A DNA stretch of 60,671 nucleotides, counting the filler, from Dugesia japonica (Eukaryota), in NCBI GenBank assembly GCA_001938525.1. It is 4 parts of 4 records of this genome, joined end to end, with 100 filler letters (N's around TTAATTAATTAA, not from the genome) between each part and the next. Parts side by side here need not be neighbours in the genome. Positions count along the whole stretch, not along the records: positions 21,915 to 50,161 come from MQRL01638510.1; positions 50,262 to 60,671 come from MQRL01602829.1; 2 more parts are not named here. The stretch is one strand, 5' to 3'. The position numbers and the translations under genes are program-made. Below the pieces are notes generated by a model. The model was not told the DNA's origin, did not search any database, and saw only the letters and a program-made list of their open reading frames with translations. Of the stretch, positions 40,853-53,200 are shown piece by piece (the stretch's first letter is position 1; every line of letters starts with the position of its first letter).

Positions 40853-41699
40853 ACTATTGCGAATTTTTTTATTCAGATATTTCCTCAACTATTGCAATAT
40901 AATCTGAGATTTTCTGATTTCGAATATAAAAATAACTGTGATGTTATTTAAAAAGTCATTAATTTCTATATGTAATTATAATTAAATTATTTTATTATAA
41001 AATAAATTATGGAAATTTTAAAATAAATTTTACAAAAGAAACAGCTAAAATTCTTTAAGTTTGTCTCTCAAANNNNNNNNNNNNNNNNNNNNNNNNNNNN
41101 NNNNNNNNNNNNNNNNNNNNNNNNNNNNNNNNNNNNNNNNNNNNNNNNNNNNNNNNNNNNNNNNNNTTTTAATGAAATTTTAAAAATGAATGATAGTATG
41201 TTTTTAAGAATTTTTTAAACTCTTTTTTTAGTAATTAATATAATATCGAATATAAATATTAGTGAAAATAAAGAAAGAGGAAATCGTGTAGGCTTACGTA
41301 AATATGTAGTAGAAGATGTTCTATTAAACTGTGTCACATTGAAAGAAGCAAGTGCGATGATATCACTATCTAATAAATAATATAACAAATTATATAAATT
41401 TTTATTCGAAAACGTTATTTTTAAAAGTTTTTATTTGTAAGATATGTTTCTATGTATCTATCTATGTCCCTCATCAGTTAATGCAGTAAAATGAAATGGA
41501 AATTGTTTATATATTGGCCAATAAAACAGGTTACGCAATCAATCTATTAGAAGTGAATGTGTTTCCTAATTCCACTAAAATAATTACCATTAGACACCAC
41601 CGCTGTTCAAAACTGTAAACTCATCTATACTTATTTCGACTTTTCTATTTTCACAGCACCGAAAGTTTCCTATTCCATTGCATATGCTCACTAACACAA

Positions 41700-41925
41700 T
41701 ATGTAACCTTATTGTTAGATGGGTTTGAAAAACCATGCACATACAATTCCAACCAGAGAAACTGAAAAAGTAATCAGTTGCAGCATCTACATTTTGTGAC
41801 AATAATCACACTTTCACAGTGTATTCAAACAATATTGAAGTTTTAATAGATACTAGGTCACTCCGTCATTAACTATTCAAAAACAGCTCCAAAACAAACA
41901 AAACATTAACTGCCGCAAACGGAGT
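41700..41925 (+). pseudogene. Gypsy (CsRN1-like) gag end and protease fragment
   Basis: EKPCTYNSNQRN* then, in another frame, SVAAS...FTVYSNNIEVLIDTRS...KTLTAANG (LIDTG and L.AANG protease motifs). Confidence 0.55.
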
Positions 41926-42616
41926 ATGGAACAAATGGGAAGAGAGTGTATTGGACAAATTATTTGAAATTGAAGGTCGAGAATTACCGCCATTTGACTT
42001 AAAGAGAGGATATAATATTAACGAATTGATTCCTGATGTTTCGCAATTCGGACAATTTCAGTTGGATATACAAGAAAACGGTAATCATAAGATTAATGTA
42101 GTTTAATTGACGTAGACTGATCGTCGACACATTTATTTGCTGAATAGATATCAAAGAATAATCATTTATTGATAAGGTGGTACTAAAGTTGAATAATATA
42201 GAAAGAAGTGAAATTTTAATAAAATAATCGTATTTGATCCAAATAACATTCAGAATTACTTAAATGATGTAAGAAGACGTATCAAAAGGAGATGTTTCAA
42301 TATGATATTAGTTTTTCTACCAGATTATCTATTTTGTGCTGAAGTTAAATCAATTACAAAGAGAATGTGTCTGTTAACACAATGCTTTACGAAGAGGTAT
42401 TTAGACAAAGAGAATGATATAAAGAGCAATCTTGTTGTAGATAATACGACTATACAAGTAATTATTAAGCTTGGACATGATCTGAATGCTAATGAAATTA
42501 CGATAGGATCAATAATGATAGTTGGTATTAATATAAACACACAAAACATATAGAAAATAGTCAATTCAAACATCACTATTTTTAAGGAAAATTACATTTA
42601 TCAATACATGTGTTGA
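41926..42616 (+). pseudogene. Piwi-clade Argonaute fragment (L2-MID-start of PIWI)
   Basis: W....LFEIEGRELPP; MILVFLP...AEVK....LLTQC; IQVIIKLGHDLNANEITIGSIMIVGINI is colinear with Piwi/Aub IQMNAKL.G.PW.V.IPL..LM.VG.DV; several stops. Confidence 0.72.
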
Positions 42617-43492
42617 GATCTGAAAAGCAAACATTTACAAGCATACACAAATATATACATAAACATAACAAAGCAAACATACACAAGCATACAAATCCTC
42701 AATGTAATGAAAATCAATCAAGCCCAACAGTTCAGAATCAGTAATCAATTCTATGAGATCATCAGCCAAGATCAGCATTTGATATTTATTCAAATTCCCA
42801 TGCAAAATCAATAATCATTGATAACATTATTTTATAATTGAACATTTAACATTATTATTTTACTGGACTTATTTATTTTTATTTTTATGTTTTGTAAAAT
42901 AACAAATTTTAATTTTGTGAAATAACAGATTTTTCATTTATTATAATATCACGAATGAATAACATAATTATTTGACCTTATGTTTAGACAGAAAACTTTT
43001 GCACACATTTTATTTTATTTTGGACAAAATATTAATTGATTAGTTTGTGTGCGGGTTATTTCTCTAAAAATTATCTAACATTTTATGTAAATAATGATTT
43101 ATTTATTGTTCATTTATTGTGTTGCATGGTTTGGTGTGTACAGAAAAATCAGTATAAATACTGATCCTTTTTAGTTATTTTTCGAGTAACTTTTAATCAG
43201 TTGGAATCCAACCTCTCTGGGCGGCATCTCCAACTAGATTCAAAATTAGCCTATAAGGTATATAAGTTTTACAGCAAACTGCATCATTTTATATACCAAA
43301 AATAAATTGTAGAAGGTATATCATTTTAATTTATTTATATAGGGCAAATATATTATATCACCATATCTATAATTTTGAGAAAATATCAATTATATAATAT
43401 CGTATTGACAGATAAAGGGTAAAATCAACACCCGTAAATTTAGAGACATACTATCTATCAGTAGTTATAAAATAAACGAACCATAAATATCT

Positions 43493-44495
43493 TGTTGAGC
43501 AGAAATACCCAACACATGGGTTTCGTGAACAAAGCTTGTGATTCCGAAGAAATAATGGAGACGAATTTCAATCCAGGAACAGAAGAATTCAAATAATGAT
43601 ATCATAGTTTCCTGTTTAATATTAATATGTTTAAGGAAAATATAGATGAAAATCAGTTGAATTTAAAAATAAAGCTGAATTCATTAATCCATTTATTGTA
43701 AATATTTTCCTCTTTACCGCTTCACGAGTCCCACAAGTAATTAACGTTATTATTAAAAGCGATTATTCAACCAAGGATATAATCTATATCTTGGAGCCGT
43801 TGTAGATAATGTCAATGAATTTTACCTAGTCTCACAAAAATCACAGAACGTACCACAACTCCAACACTTTACAAAATCCTTAAAGAATGAAGAGTAAAGA
43901 TTGAAAAAAGATAATAATAATAAAAACAATATTCATAATAAAAATTATTATAAAAAAATAATAATGTTAGGCTAGAACGCTAAATAAATTGAAGAACTAA
44001 AAATTTCTGAACAAACGAAACTAAATACGCAAATGAACAGAAATATTGGGAACAGTGATGGACCTGAAACCAAACTTTTATTACAGCGCAAAATCGAGTT
44101 TTTAAAGCAATACATTGCTGACCTAGCTAGTCGGATTGGCAACCCAAACACAAACCAGTGGGATGAAGACGACGATATTGCGGCGATTAACTTTGTCACC
44201 ACAACCCCCGATCAATGGCTAGATCCGGAAGCATTTGGCCTAATTTAAATGTTATACTGCTAATAAATATTTTAATTAGAATTGTAAGAAATTGTTTAAT
44301 TTTCTTAAATAGTAATAGGGAAAGTATGTAGAACTCGAACTAAAGGTTTATTGGTGTGCACCTTTCATCAAGAGTAAGGTCAACCGCAGTAAACGTAAAA
44401 CCTACCACAGGGACGGTAGGCTAAATTTTTGAAGGGGTTCCCCTGAGGGAGTTTTTTTCCCCGGCCTCTTTTCCAACTCAGGTGGGGCCCCAACA
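43493..44495 (+). mobile_element. Unclassified element copy B (TGTTG...CCCCAACA)
   Basis: Starts TGTTGAGCAGAAATA; contains ORF 44033-44248; structured 3' end; abuts a truncated Maverick polB. Confidence 0.6.
44033..44248 (+). CDS. Small unknown protein of the CCCCAACA element
   Basis: GPETKLLLQRKIEFLKQYIADL...DEDDD...PDQWLDPEAFG aligns with the 38590-38775 translation despite nucleotide divergence. Confidence 0.55.
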   Translation: MNRNIGNSDGPETKLLLQRKIEFLKQYIADLASRIGNPNTNQWDEDDDIAAINFVTTTPDQWLDPEAFGLI

Positions 44496-44992
44496 GTTCT
44501 ATTATTTAAATACTCCATTGTCTTACTTCCTTTCTTACATATTTCTTCTTTCGAATAACAATTTAAACATCCATGAAAGTAACAACCATTGAATTCATAT
44601 ACGTAATGAATTTGGGTTATCGAATCATAATAATATCCGTCTAACTTGTAACAACTTATTGCCTTTTCTCCTCATATTTTGGCATATTTTATGTTTACTT
44701 TGTTGATATAGCTTAAATATTCGAGCCAATGTAAAGATTTGGAAGAATAAACATCGTCAAAGTCGGATAGTCTTGGAATTCCTATTGTATTATTATTAAT
44801 AATAGACATAAATGTTTTGGCACATACTTGCGCAATGGTAATATATTGAAAAGGATCTAAATTCAATAAATTACTATTAGGCATCTTTATTTTCATAAAA
44901 CCGTTTTGGTATATTAAACATCCTTTTGCCAATATCATCACATCTGTTAAGCAATAATAAAAATAATTTATTTTGAAAATTAAATATCTCAT
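44496..44992 (-). pseudogene. polB: Group I/alpha-type Maverick pPolB fragment
   Basis: YCLTDVMIL...DPFQYITIAQVC...SSKSLHWLEY...I.YA..GEK....KLDGY....VYEFNGCYFHGCLNC (Vsr-like insert typical of group I polymerases). Confidence 0.85.
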
Positions 44993-46399
44993 TTACTAAA
45001 GTTTCTTTGCGTCCTGTATGAAAATAACTATTTAGATTTAATCTAATTAAAGTGTGAAATACTGTATAATTATTGTATAATTCGGGTTATTATTTGTTAT
45101 ATCATCTAATATAAGTTCTAAACAAGCTTTAAGGTTTTGTTCTGTCATTATATAAGGGGAAATTGTATATGTATGAACAACGCCTCTATATTGACGATAA
45201 TAATGCGCACCAAGATGGTTGACGCGATTAAAATCATATATTATTAATTCACTAAATAAATTGTCTTTAAATTCGCGCTCTTCAAAAAGTAGACTTTTAT
45301 CTATAGCTCTCCATTCTTCTAAAATAGTATTTATGTTTGCTGTCCTTTTTTAAAAATCAAAAATAAAAATTATTTATTTATTAAAAAACTAAAATTTACG
45401 CAAATATTCCAAGTTCAAGCATAGAAATTAGAACAAATTATTTTAAAAAATAAAATTATATAAAAGCCATATTTTATGGAACTTTTTAAAAATAGCATCT
45501 ACATTCTTTTTTATTTACAAAGTTATTCATAAAATAATAATTCTGTAAATATATAAATTGTATTTGCATCATGAGAAATTATCTCATAATGAAGTCTCTC
45601 GTTTAAATAACATACTTTTGATAGCGCGACATTATTGAAAGAATAAATCAATCGAGAATTTCGGTACAACAATAAGTAATATTAAAATTAATGGTTTTTT
45701 TACTTGTCTTGAAAATCTATTCTCCCTTTTGATTTAAAAAGCCCAAAAAAGGGGGATTAGGACACATTCACTGTCAAAAGTGGGGGGACAAACGCGGGCC
45801 ACCTTATGTTAAAATACTGCAATAATATATTATGGGGGTCTCTACGACCCGTTTTCTTTATTAAAATAACGTTAAATATGGTTTAATATTATTATCTAGT
45901 TAAACTGGTTTAGTCACTAGTATCGTAAGATTTTCTGGTTTTCCAAATAATGATTCACTTGGGAAACCAGACAGTAAAAAGAAAGCACATTCATTTGACA
46001 CGAATTTGGATAATCCAAATTTAATGTCAATCAAGTTGTGTAGAAAACCCTGGAAGTAGTGGAGAGATGATGACTGTCGAAAACGTGAGGTGTGTAAATA
46101 AAGTACACTATACATCAATGTAAATCGGCTAATGATACGGATACATTTCGAGATAGAGGCAAATGATTGGTAGATCAATGCTAGCTCACTAATCTGAAGG
46201 AGCAATAAAAAATTTGAACCCGAAGACAAATTACCATAATTTCCAATTTTAAATTTTGGAATATTTTGACCAGCTAATTTATCAATTACTTGAAAATTTT
46301 GAGACAATCATTGACATCAGAAAAGACAAATCAAAATAAATCATAATTTATTTTATTAAAAATTTTATCATATTAGCACTAGTGCTATTTACAACCCAA

Positions 46400-46570
46400 A
46401 ATTCTTGAGTCCTTGTAAATAATGTCTATGAATTTTATCTAGTCTCTAAAAAATGACAGAACGTACCACAACTCTAACACTTTACAAAATCTTAAAAGAA
46501 AGAAGACTAAAGATTGAAAAAAGATCATAATAATAATAACAATATTCATAATGATAATAATAATAATAAT
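46400..46570 (+). repeat. Diverged direct repeat of ~43790-43945
   Basis: AATGTC.ATGAATTTTA.CTAGTCTC...CAGAACGTACCACAACTC.AACACTTTACAAAATC shared. Confidence 0.8.
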
Positions 46571-46572
46571 AA

Positions 46573-47290
46573 TGTTGGGGTGAAACACTCCTTTCAAAAG
46601 GAAAGCCAAACGAATGGCTAAAAAGGAGAAAAAATTCAACTCCTCGAATATCGGTTTTGAGTAACCAGTACTGCTAAATTTGGAAAAAGTGATCAAATAA
46701 AAGATTGAAATATCAAGAAGTAGATAAGAAGTTCTCATGCAAACAAATCTAACCCACATTAATTACAGTAATCAAAAGAAGTAGTGAAATTAATAATAAA
46801 AACAAGGAAAATATCATTGTAAAAATATTTAATTATCCAAAAGCAGAATTAATTTCAAACCGAAAATAAATTTAAATTAATCAAAAAATCTGTTTTTTAC
46901 AAATAACTTGATTCTGGGTAATCACAGAGACTCAGGGAAAAAAATTCGAGAAGAAAATGTTAAAAGGCATAAAAATTTCATAGCCGAAAAACTTTGCAAC
47001 CATCAGAAGAACGACCACAAGGGTTGGAAAATTGGGCCAATAAGAACCTGAACAATAAACATAAAAAAAACAACAATGATCACATGGCGTTCCGAAAATA
47101 GACACCAATGAGAGTTCTAAAACTCTGCAAAAAAATCCAAAAATTAGGAGCATTACCAATCAAAGCAAAACATTTGGAAGAAAAAATAACAACTATGCCG
47201 AGTTGCATAGGAACAGCTATTTAAACCCCCCAGAATTTAGCAGAATAATCACAAAAACAGCAACAAATTTACCCACAAGTATTTCCTACA
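46573..47290 (+). mobile_element. 5' fragment of TGTTGG-terminated element family
   Basis: TGTTGGGGTGAAACA immediately after an (AAT)n run, then an A-rich tract; right boundary approximate. Confidence 0.4.
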
Positions 47291-48779
47291 CTTTATTGGT
47301 CAAAATCGTGAATCAATATATCAATTTTGCAAACTTATAAATTTCCGAAAAAGTTGTTACAAGTTATCGCGCATTACTTTTACTAGTATTGCCCTATCAG
47401 TTGCCTAAAGAAGAAAAAGAACAGAGTAAAGCAAATCGCTGCTGTCAACCGATAATTCAAGAATCGAACCGTTTTAGTTATCCATAACTTAAATTAGTGA
47501 GTATCAATTTTTATGATTATTTGTGTATCTATTATTATTAGCAAAATGAAAACTTAATGTCGATAAAATACATTAATGTTAATCATGTTTGTAGTTTATC
47601 TTATTGATAATCAAATTATTTATATGTTCAGTGCATTAATATTGATATTCAACCCAAAATTGACCCTAACAATCGATATACTAATTTTTAAGTAAAAGAA
47701 ATTATGTTTCTTTTAAACACATACAACACGCCAAATGATTTTCAGGACAATCTATAATAAAATATCATAATGATTGCTCTTATTAANAAGCTCTTCATCA
47801 ACACATCGATAGTGTTATTAGCAAAACCCATTACGAGTAGGTGTGTTGATGCACTGAGTCATCTCCACACACTCATTTAATCACACCGGAATTTATCATT
47901 TTATCTATTAAAAACCCTTTGACAATTAACTAATTCGGCAAAAACAAAAGAATGAAGCCATCAATTACGACGGAATGCATTTCGATGTAAAATGGAAATT
48001 AATAGTGATTATATCTTTGCTGGAAATAGTAGTGGAATTTTTCATTCTAGAGGATTCTGGGGTCTCCTTCAAATATTCTTATCTAAAAGGGATATTATGG
48101 TGTGATTTTCAACTTTCGCTATTTCATACAGGTACGTAACACATTTCTAATCATCGCATGTGAGTAGAATCTACCTGGTTATCTTCGTCAACCACGTCCT
48201 GGTGAAAGACCACCGTCAACTTTCAATCATCCATATCACTCTTATTGCAAGAAATTATCCTGCTGAGTTGATCGTGAGAATATTTTTCTTTGTTATTAAG
48301 GAGTATGTATGCATTTGTCGTTATAATTAATATATCCTTTATTTGTGTCAAACAAAATTTCTTTTTTGATCAATATCGTTAATATAATTAATTGAGATAT
48401 TTGTAGGAATATTTAAGATATTGTTATTATAATTTATTATGGTCATTATTAAAATCATCCCAAATGGATTTGTCAACAAGTTTATCCCCCTTTGGGTTAC
48501 TTCCGAGTTTCACTTTTGTGGACAAAGATCTAATTTTCTGGTCATGGTTGCAATGATTTTCGTCTCATTAGGGGTTGAGAATAGAATATCTGTAATTATG
48601 AAAATAAATGGTAGAAGGCATTCTTGGAGAAAGTAAATTCATCACTACGACCAACCCAAGTAGGGTTCTAAAACGGCTCGTCACTTTTACCAGTAGAAGG
48701 TAAACGCTATTCACCCCGCTCGTGGTATGTGAACTTTTTATTCCCCATCCTGACGTTATAATGATACTAATGTATACAA

Positions 48780-50161
48780 ATATAATATAATGTAAACAAA
48801 CCTGTATCTGCTGGTTTGTGATAAATCTCTGATTCATAATGCTTGGACTTTCGTTCTATTAATAAGTCCAGGAAAAACAGTTTAGATTTACATTCCATTT
48901 CTGTAGTGAATTTAATGTTGTTATGCAACGAATTCATATAGTTTAGGAATGGGTGAATATCAACTTGGTTATTAAAAATCAGAAATATATCATCCACATA
49001 GCATTTATTCACATGCAGCTTATTTCCAATAAACAAATCAATCTTTTCCTCAATATTTGCCAAAAACAAAGAAGCTAAAGTAGGATCCAGAGGTGAACCC
49101 ATAGCAACTCCATCAACTTGTTTGTACCATTCATCATTTAACAAAAAATGTATATATGATGTAGCAAAGGTCAAAAGTTCCTTAAAGGCAGTCACAATTA
49201 ACAACGTATGCTCAGACAAATTTTTTTCCCATAATTCACAACAAAGATTAATAGTTTCATCTAATGGAACATTTGTAAATAAACTAACAACATCAAAGGA
49301 CACCATACATTCACTACAACTACCAACTTCAGTTTTAGAAATAAAATTACAAAAATCAAAGCTATCTTTGCATACATATTTGGAGTCAATCAAAGGTTTA
49401 ATTTTATTNNNNNNNNNNNNNNNNNNNNNNNNNNNNNNNNNNNNNNNNNNNNNNNNNNACAACATCAAAGGACACCATACATTCAGTACGACTACCAACT
49501 TCAGAGTTAGAAATAAAATTACAAAAATCAAACCTATCTTTGCATACATATTTGGAGTCAATGAAAGATTTCATTTTCTTATCGAAAAACTTAGCAAGAT
49601 TATACTGAGCTGTGTAAATTATGGATAACTTAGGTCTCATAGGAACATTACTCTTATGGACTTTAGGAAGACCATACAACTTAGCTGGCTGTGAACCAAC
49701 CACTTTAAGTACCTTATACAATTCAGAATCAAGAATTTTATCACTGATTAATTTTTATAATAAACCATTCAAACTTTGATTGGTAGCAATTTACTATTTT
49801 TACCAAATTTATTAATTTTACAAATTGCGGTTCTTTCAAAACCTCCTCTATTTTACTTAAATATTCAAAATCATTCAAAGTTACAAGATCATTACCCTTA
49901 TCAAATTTACAAATTTTTATTGGTTTTTGGTAGAATTTTTTAAAATATTAAAATCACTATAACTTTGTTTAAAGTTTTTGTTTAAATATTCATTAGAATA
50001 TTTTAGTAACGCATGTTTTAAATTTCAAAAATTACAATCAAAGTTTATTCCATCAAATTTAGTCAAATAAATTTTAAAAATGACTCTATTTTAGATTGAA
50101 ATTGAAATTTATCAATTCTTTTTATAATACCGAATTTAGTTCCAAATTTTTATAAATTTAT
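48780..50161 (-). mobile_element. Penelope-like element reverse transcriptase (truncated)
   Basis: DKGN; LYGLPKVHK..VPMRP; MVSFDVVSLFTNVP; QVDGVAMGSPL; YVDDIF; IKFTTEME; FLDL. Confidence 0.92.
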
Positions 50162-50261
50162 NNNNNNNNNNNNNNNNNNNNNNNNNNNNNNNNNNNNNNN
50201 NNNNNTTAATTAATTAANNNNNNNNNNNNNNNNNNNNNNNNNNNNNNNNNNNNNNNNNNNN
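50162..50261. other. Artificial scaffold-joining spacer
   Basis: 44 N + TTAATTAATTAA + 44 N. Confidence 0.9.
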
Positions 50262-53200
50262 TTATCAATTTGACTTAAAGCTGCATCTATTCTATCAAAG
50301 CTGGTATCAGTATCCAATATAAGTTCTTTAGAAAAATTCGGAAATGCTAAAACTGGAGCTTTCATTAGTTTAGCTTTCTAATTTTTAAAATAAATTTCGC
50401 ACTCATCTGTCCAGTATATTTTTTCCTGGTTACTACCACATAGGTTTTCTAAACCCTTTGAATACTTTGTGTAATCCTTTATAAATTTCCTATAATAATT
50501 TGCGAGGCCTAAAAAACTTCTCAACTTTTTAACACATTTTGGGGTTTCAAAATTAAAAATTGCTTCAATTTTTGCACTATCAGTATGGATTCCTTTTTGA
50601 ACTAATAATATTACCCAGAAATTTTATCTCGTTTTTCATGAAATGACATTTAGATGGACTTATTTGTAAACCAGCTTCTTTTATCCGTTTCAAAACATTG
50701 CCAATTCTCTTATAGTGTTCTTTAATAGTTAACATTAAAATATCATCTAAGTAAACCACTGCTTTCTTCCAATTTAATGGACCTAAAACCTTATTCATCA
50801 ATTTCTGAAAAGTAACAGGAGCAGCTGCAATTCCAAAAGGCATTCTATTAAAATAATATTGCGCACCTCTTGTCGAAAATGCAGTTTTGCATTTTGAGTC
50901 ATCTGTTAATTCTACTTAATAGTAAGCATTATCCAAATCTATACTAGTANNNNNNNNNNNNNNNNNNNNNNNNNNNNNNNNNNNNNNNNNNNNNNNNNNN
51001 NNNNNNNNNNNNNNNNNNNNNNNACAATCTATAATCTAAGCAAAGTCGTATTTCATCATTGTCTCGTTTTTTAACGCAAACCAAAGGAGCATTCCAAGGG
51101 GAGTCACATTTACTTATCATTCCATTTATTTCCATTTCTGTAATATTTTGTTCAATTTAATCTATTAAATGATAAGGTTGACGCCTAGGATTAATTGCAA
51201 TTGGTTTACTATCTGTTATTATTTCATGTTTTANNNNNNNNNNNNNNNNNNNNNNNNNNNNNNNNNNNNNNNNNNNNNNNNNNATTTCCTCAGTGTTTGG
51301 AATAGGAAAAATTGGTCTTTCTGTAACTTTATTTAACAATCTATAAACTAAGCAAAGTTGTATTTCATCATTCTCTCGTTTTTTTCTCAAATCAAAGGAG
51401 CATTCAAAGGGGAGTCAAAGTTTAGTCAATCTTATCTATTAAATGATAAGGTTGACGCCTAGGATTATTTGAATCAGTTTACTATTTGTTATTATTTCAT
51501 GTTTTACAATATTAGTTTTTCCAATATCCCAATTATGTTTCAATATAATGCCTTTATATTTTTTAAAATCGACAATATAATTTATCTTTAATATTTTCAA
51601 TTTCTAATGTTTTGGGTTTAAATTTAATTACATTAACAGATTCTTCATTAATGGTGAGTTTTATATTAAATTTATTCAATAGATTTATTCCACAAATAAG
51701 AGGTGTTGAGATTTCTTTAGAAACATAAAAATAAATATTCTCCATTTTTCCATTAAGCTTTACATTTAAAAATACTTTTCCTACAATTTCTAAAGAACTA
51801 TTGTTAAGTAATAATAAGAGAGAGAGAGAGATAAGTAATGATATCAAATTATGTATTTCACAACAATGCTATNNNNNNNNNNNNNNNNNNNNNNNNNNNN
51901 NNNNNNNNNNNNNNNNNNNNNNTTAATGGTGAGTTTTATATTAAATTTATTCAATAGATTTATTCCACAAATAACAGGTGATGAGATTTCTTTAGCGCCA
52001 TAAAAACAAATATTCTCCACTTTTTTATTAAGCTTTACATTTAAATATACTTTCCTACAATTTTTAAAGAACTATTATTCGCACATTTGACATTTATATC
52101 AGAATCAATTATTGAAACATTTCCTATTCTTTTTAATAATTCATATTTAATACCACTAACTTTAGCTCCAGTATCAAGTAAACATGATGTAACAATATTA
52201 TTAATATTTAAATTTATCATAGGTCAATTATCTAGGGTATTATAGTTTTCAGAACTTTCTTTATCAAAATTAGTAATAATTGATAAATTATTTTTATCGT
52301 TATAATTGTTGGGGTTCCACCTGAGTTGGAAAAGGCGTGACTGGGGAAAAACAGTCCTCAGGGGAACCCTTTCAAGAATNNNNNNNNNNNNNNNNNNNNN
52401 NNNNNNNNNNNNNNNNNNNNNNNNNNNNNCATTTCCTATTCTTTTTAATAATTCCTATTTAATAACACTAATTTTAGCTCCAGTATCAAGTAAACATGAT
52501 GTATCAATATTATTAAATTTTAAATTTATCATAGGTCGACTATCTACGGTATTATAGTTTTCATAATTTTTTTTATCAAAATTCTTAATAATTGATCAAT
52601 TATTATTATCATCATAATTATCATTACTTCTATAATTATTTTTATTATTAACAATTATATCAAGTATAACATCATCACACAAAAATATATAACAAAAATT
52701 ATTTGCAAGAAATTCAATAACATACACACATTTACAATCATTATCAATCATTCAATTGTTGCTCAAATCAAATCTTACATTTTTTTAATGAATCCCCCCC
52801 GACAACTTCCTCTCTTGGAAGGGCTTTGGCTTTTTGGAATTGATCTGTCATAGTTCTGTCATCATCTGTCATCAAATCATCTGAATGTTCATCGTTTGTA
52901 ACAACATTGTATTGACGATAATCTCTTTTCATCTCCCGTATATCATAGCATTCATGTTTAAAATGTCTAGGTCTGTTACACTGGAAACATTTTACATCTA
53001 GACAATTAGCTCGGACATGTCCTTCTTCTTTGCATTCCTAACATGGTTTAGATCTTTGTGGAAAACTATTGCCTGTTCTCTTAAATCCTCTTCCGTCAAA
53101 ACGATTAATGGATGCATTTGAATTAACATATTTTCTGAAATTCGAATATCGATTTCTGTTGTTTTCTACTAAATTATACCTTTTAAATGTGACTGGGCGA

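Noticed and set aside
37913-46759. Antisense ORFs 37913-38341, 43972-44202, 45900-46307, 46439-46759 and ORF 39294-39590
   Set aside because: Shadows of opposite-strand coding blocks or low-complexity DNA, with no motifs
52330-52370. Hammerhead ribozyme (CTGAGGA core) in the structured end; also CTGATGA near 37998 (minus)
   Set aside because: No GAAA after stem II, and the other copies read CTGAGGG
49270-52620. Tandem duplicated segments within the Penelope RT and Gypsy 3
   Set aside because: Each pair straddles a gap; likely haplotypes or paralogous copies scaffolded together, not real internal repeats
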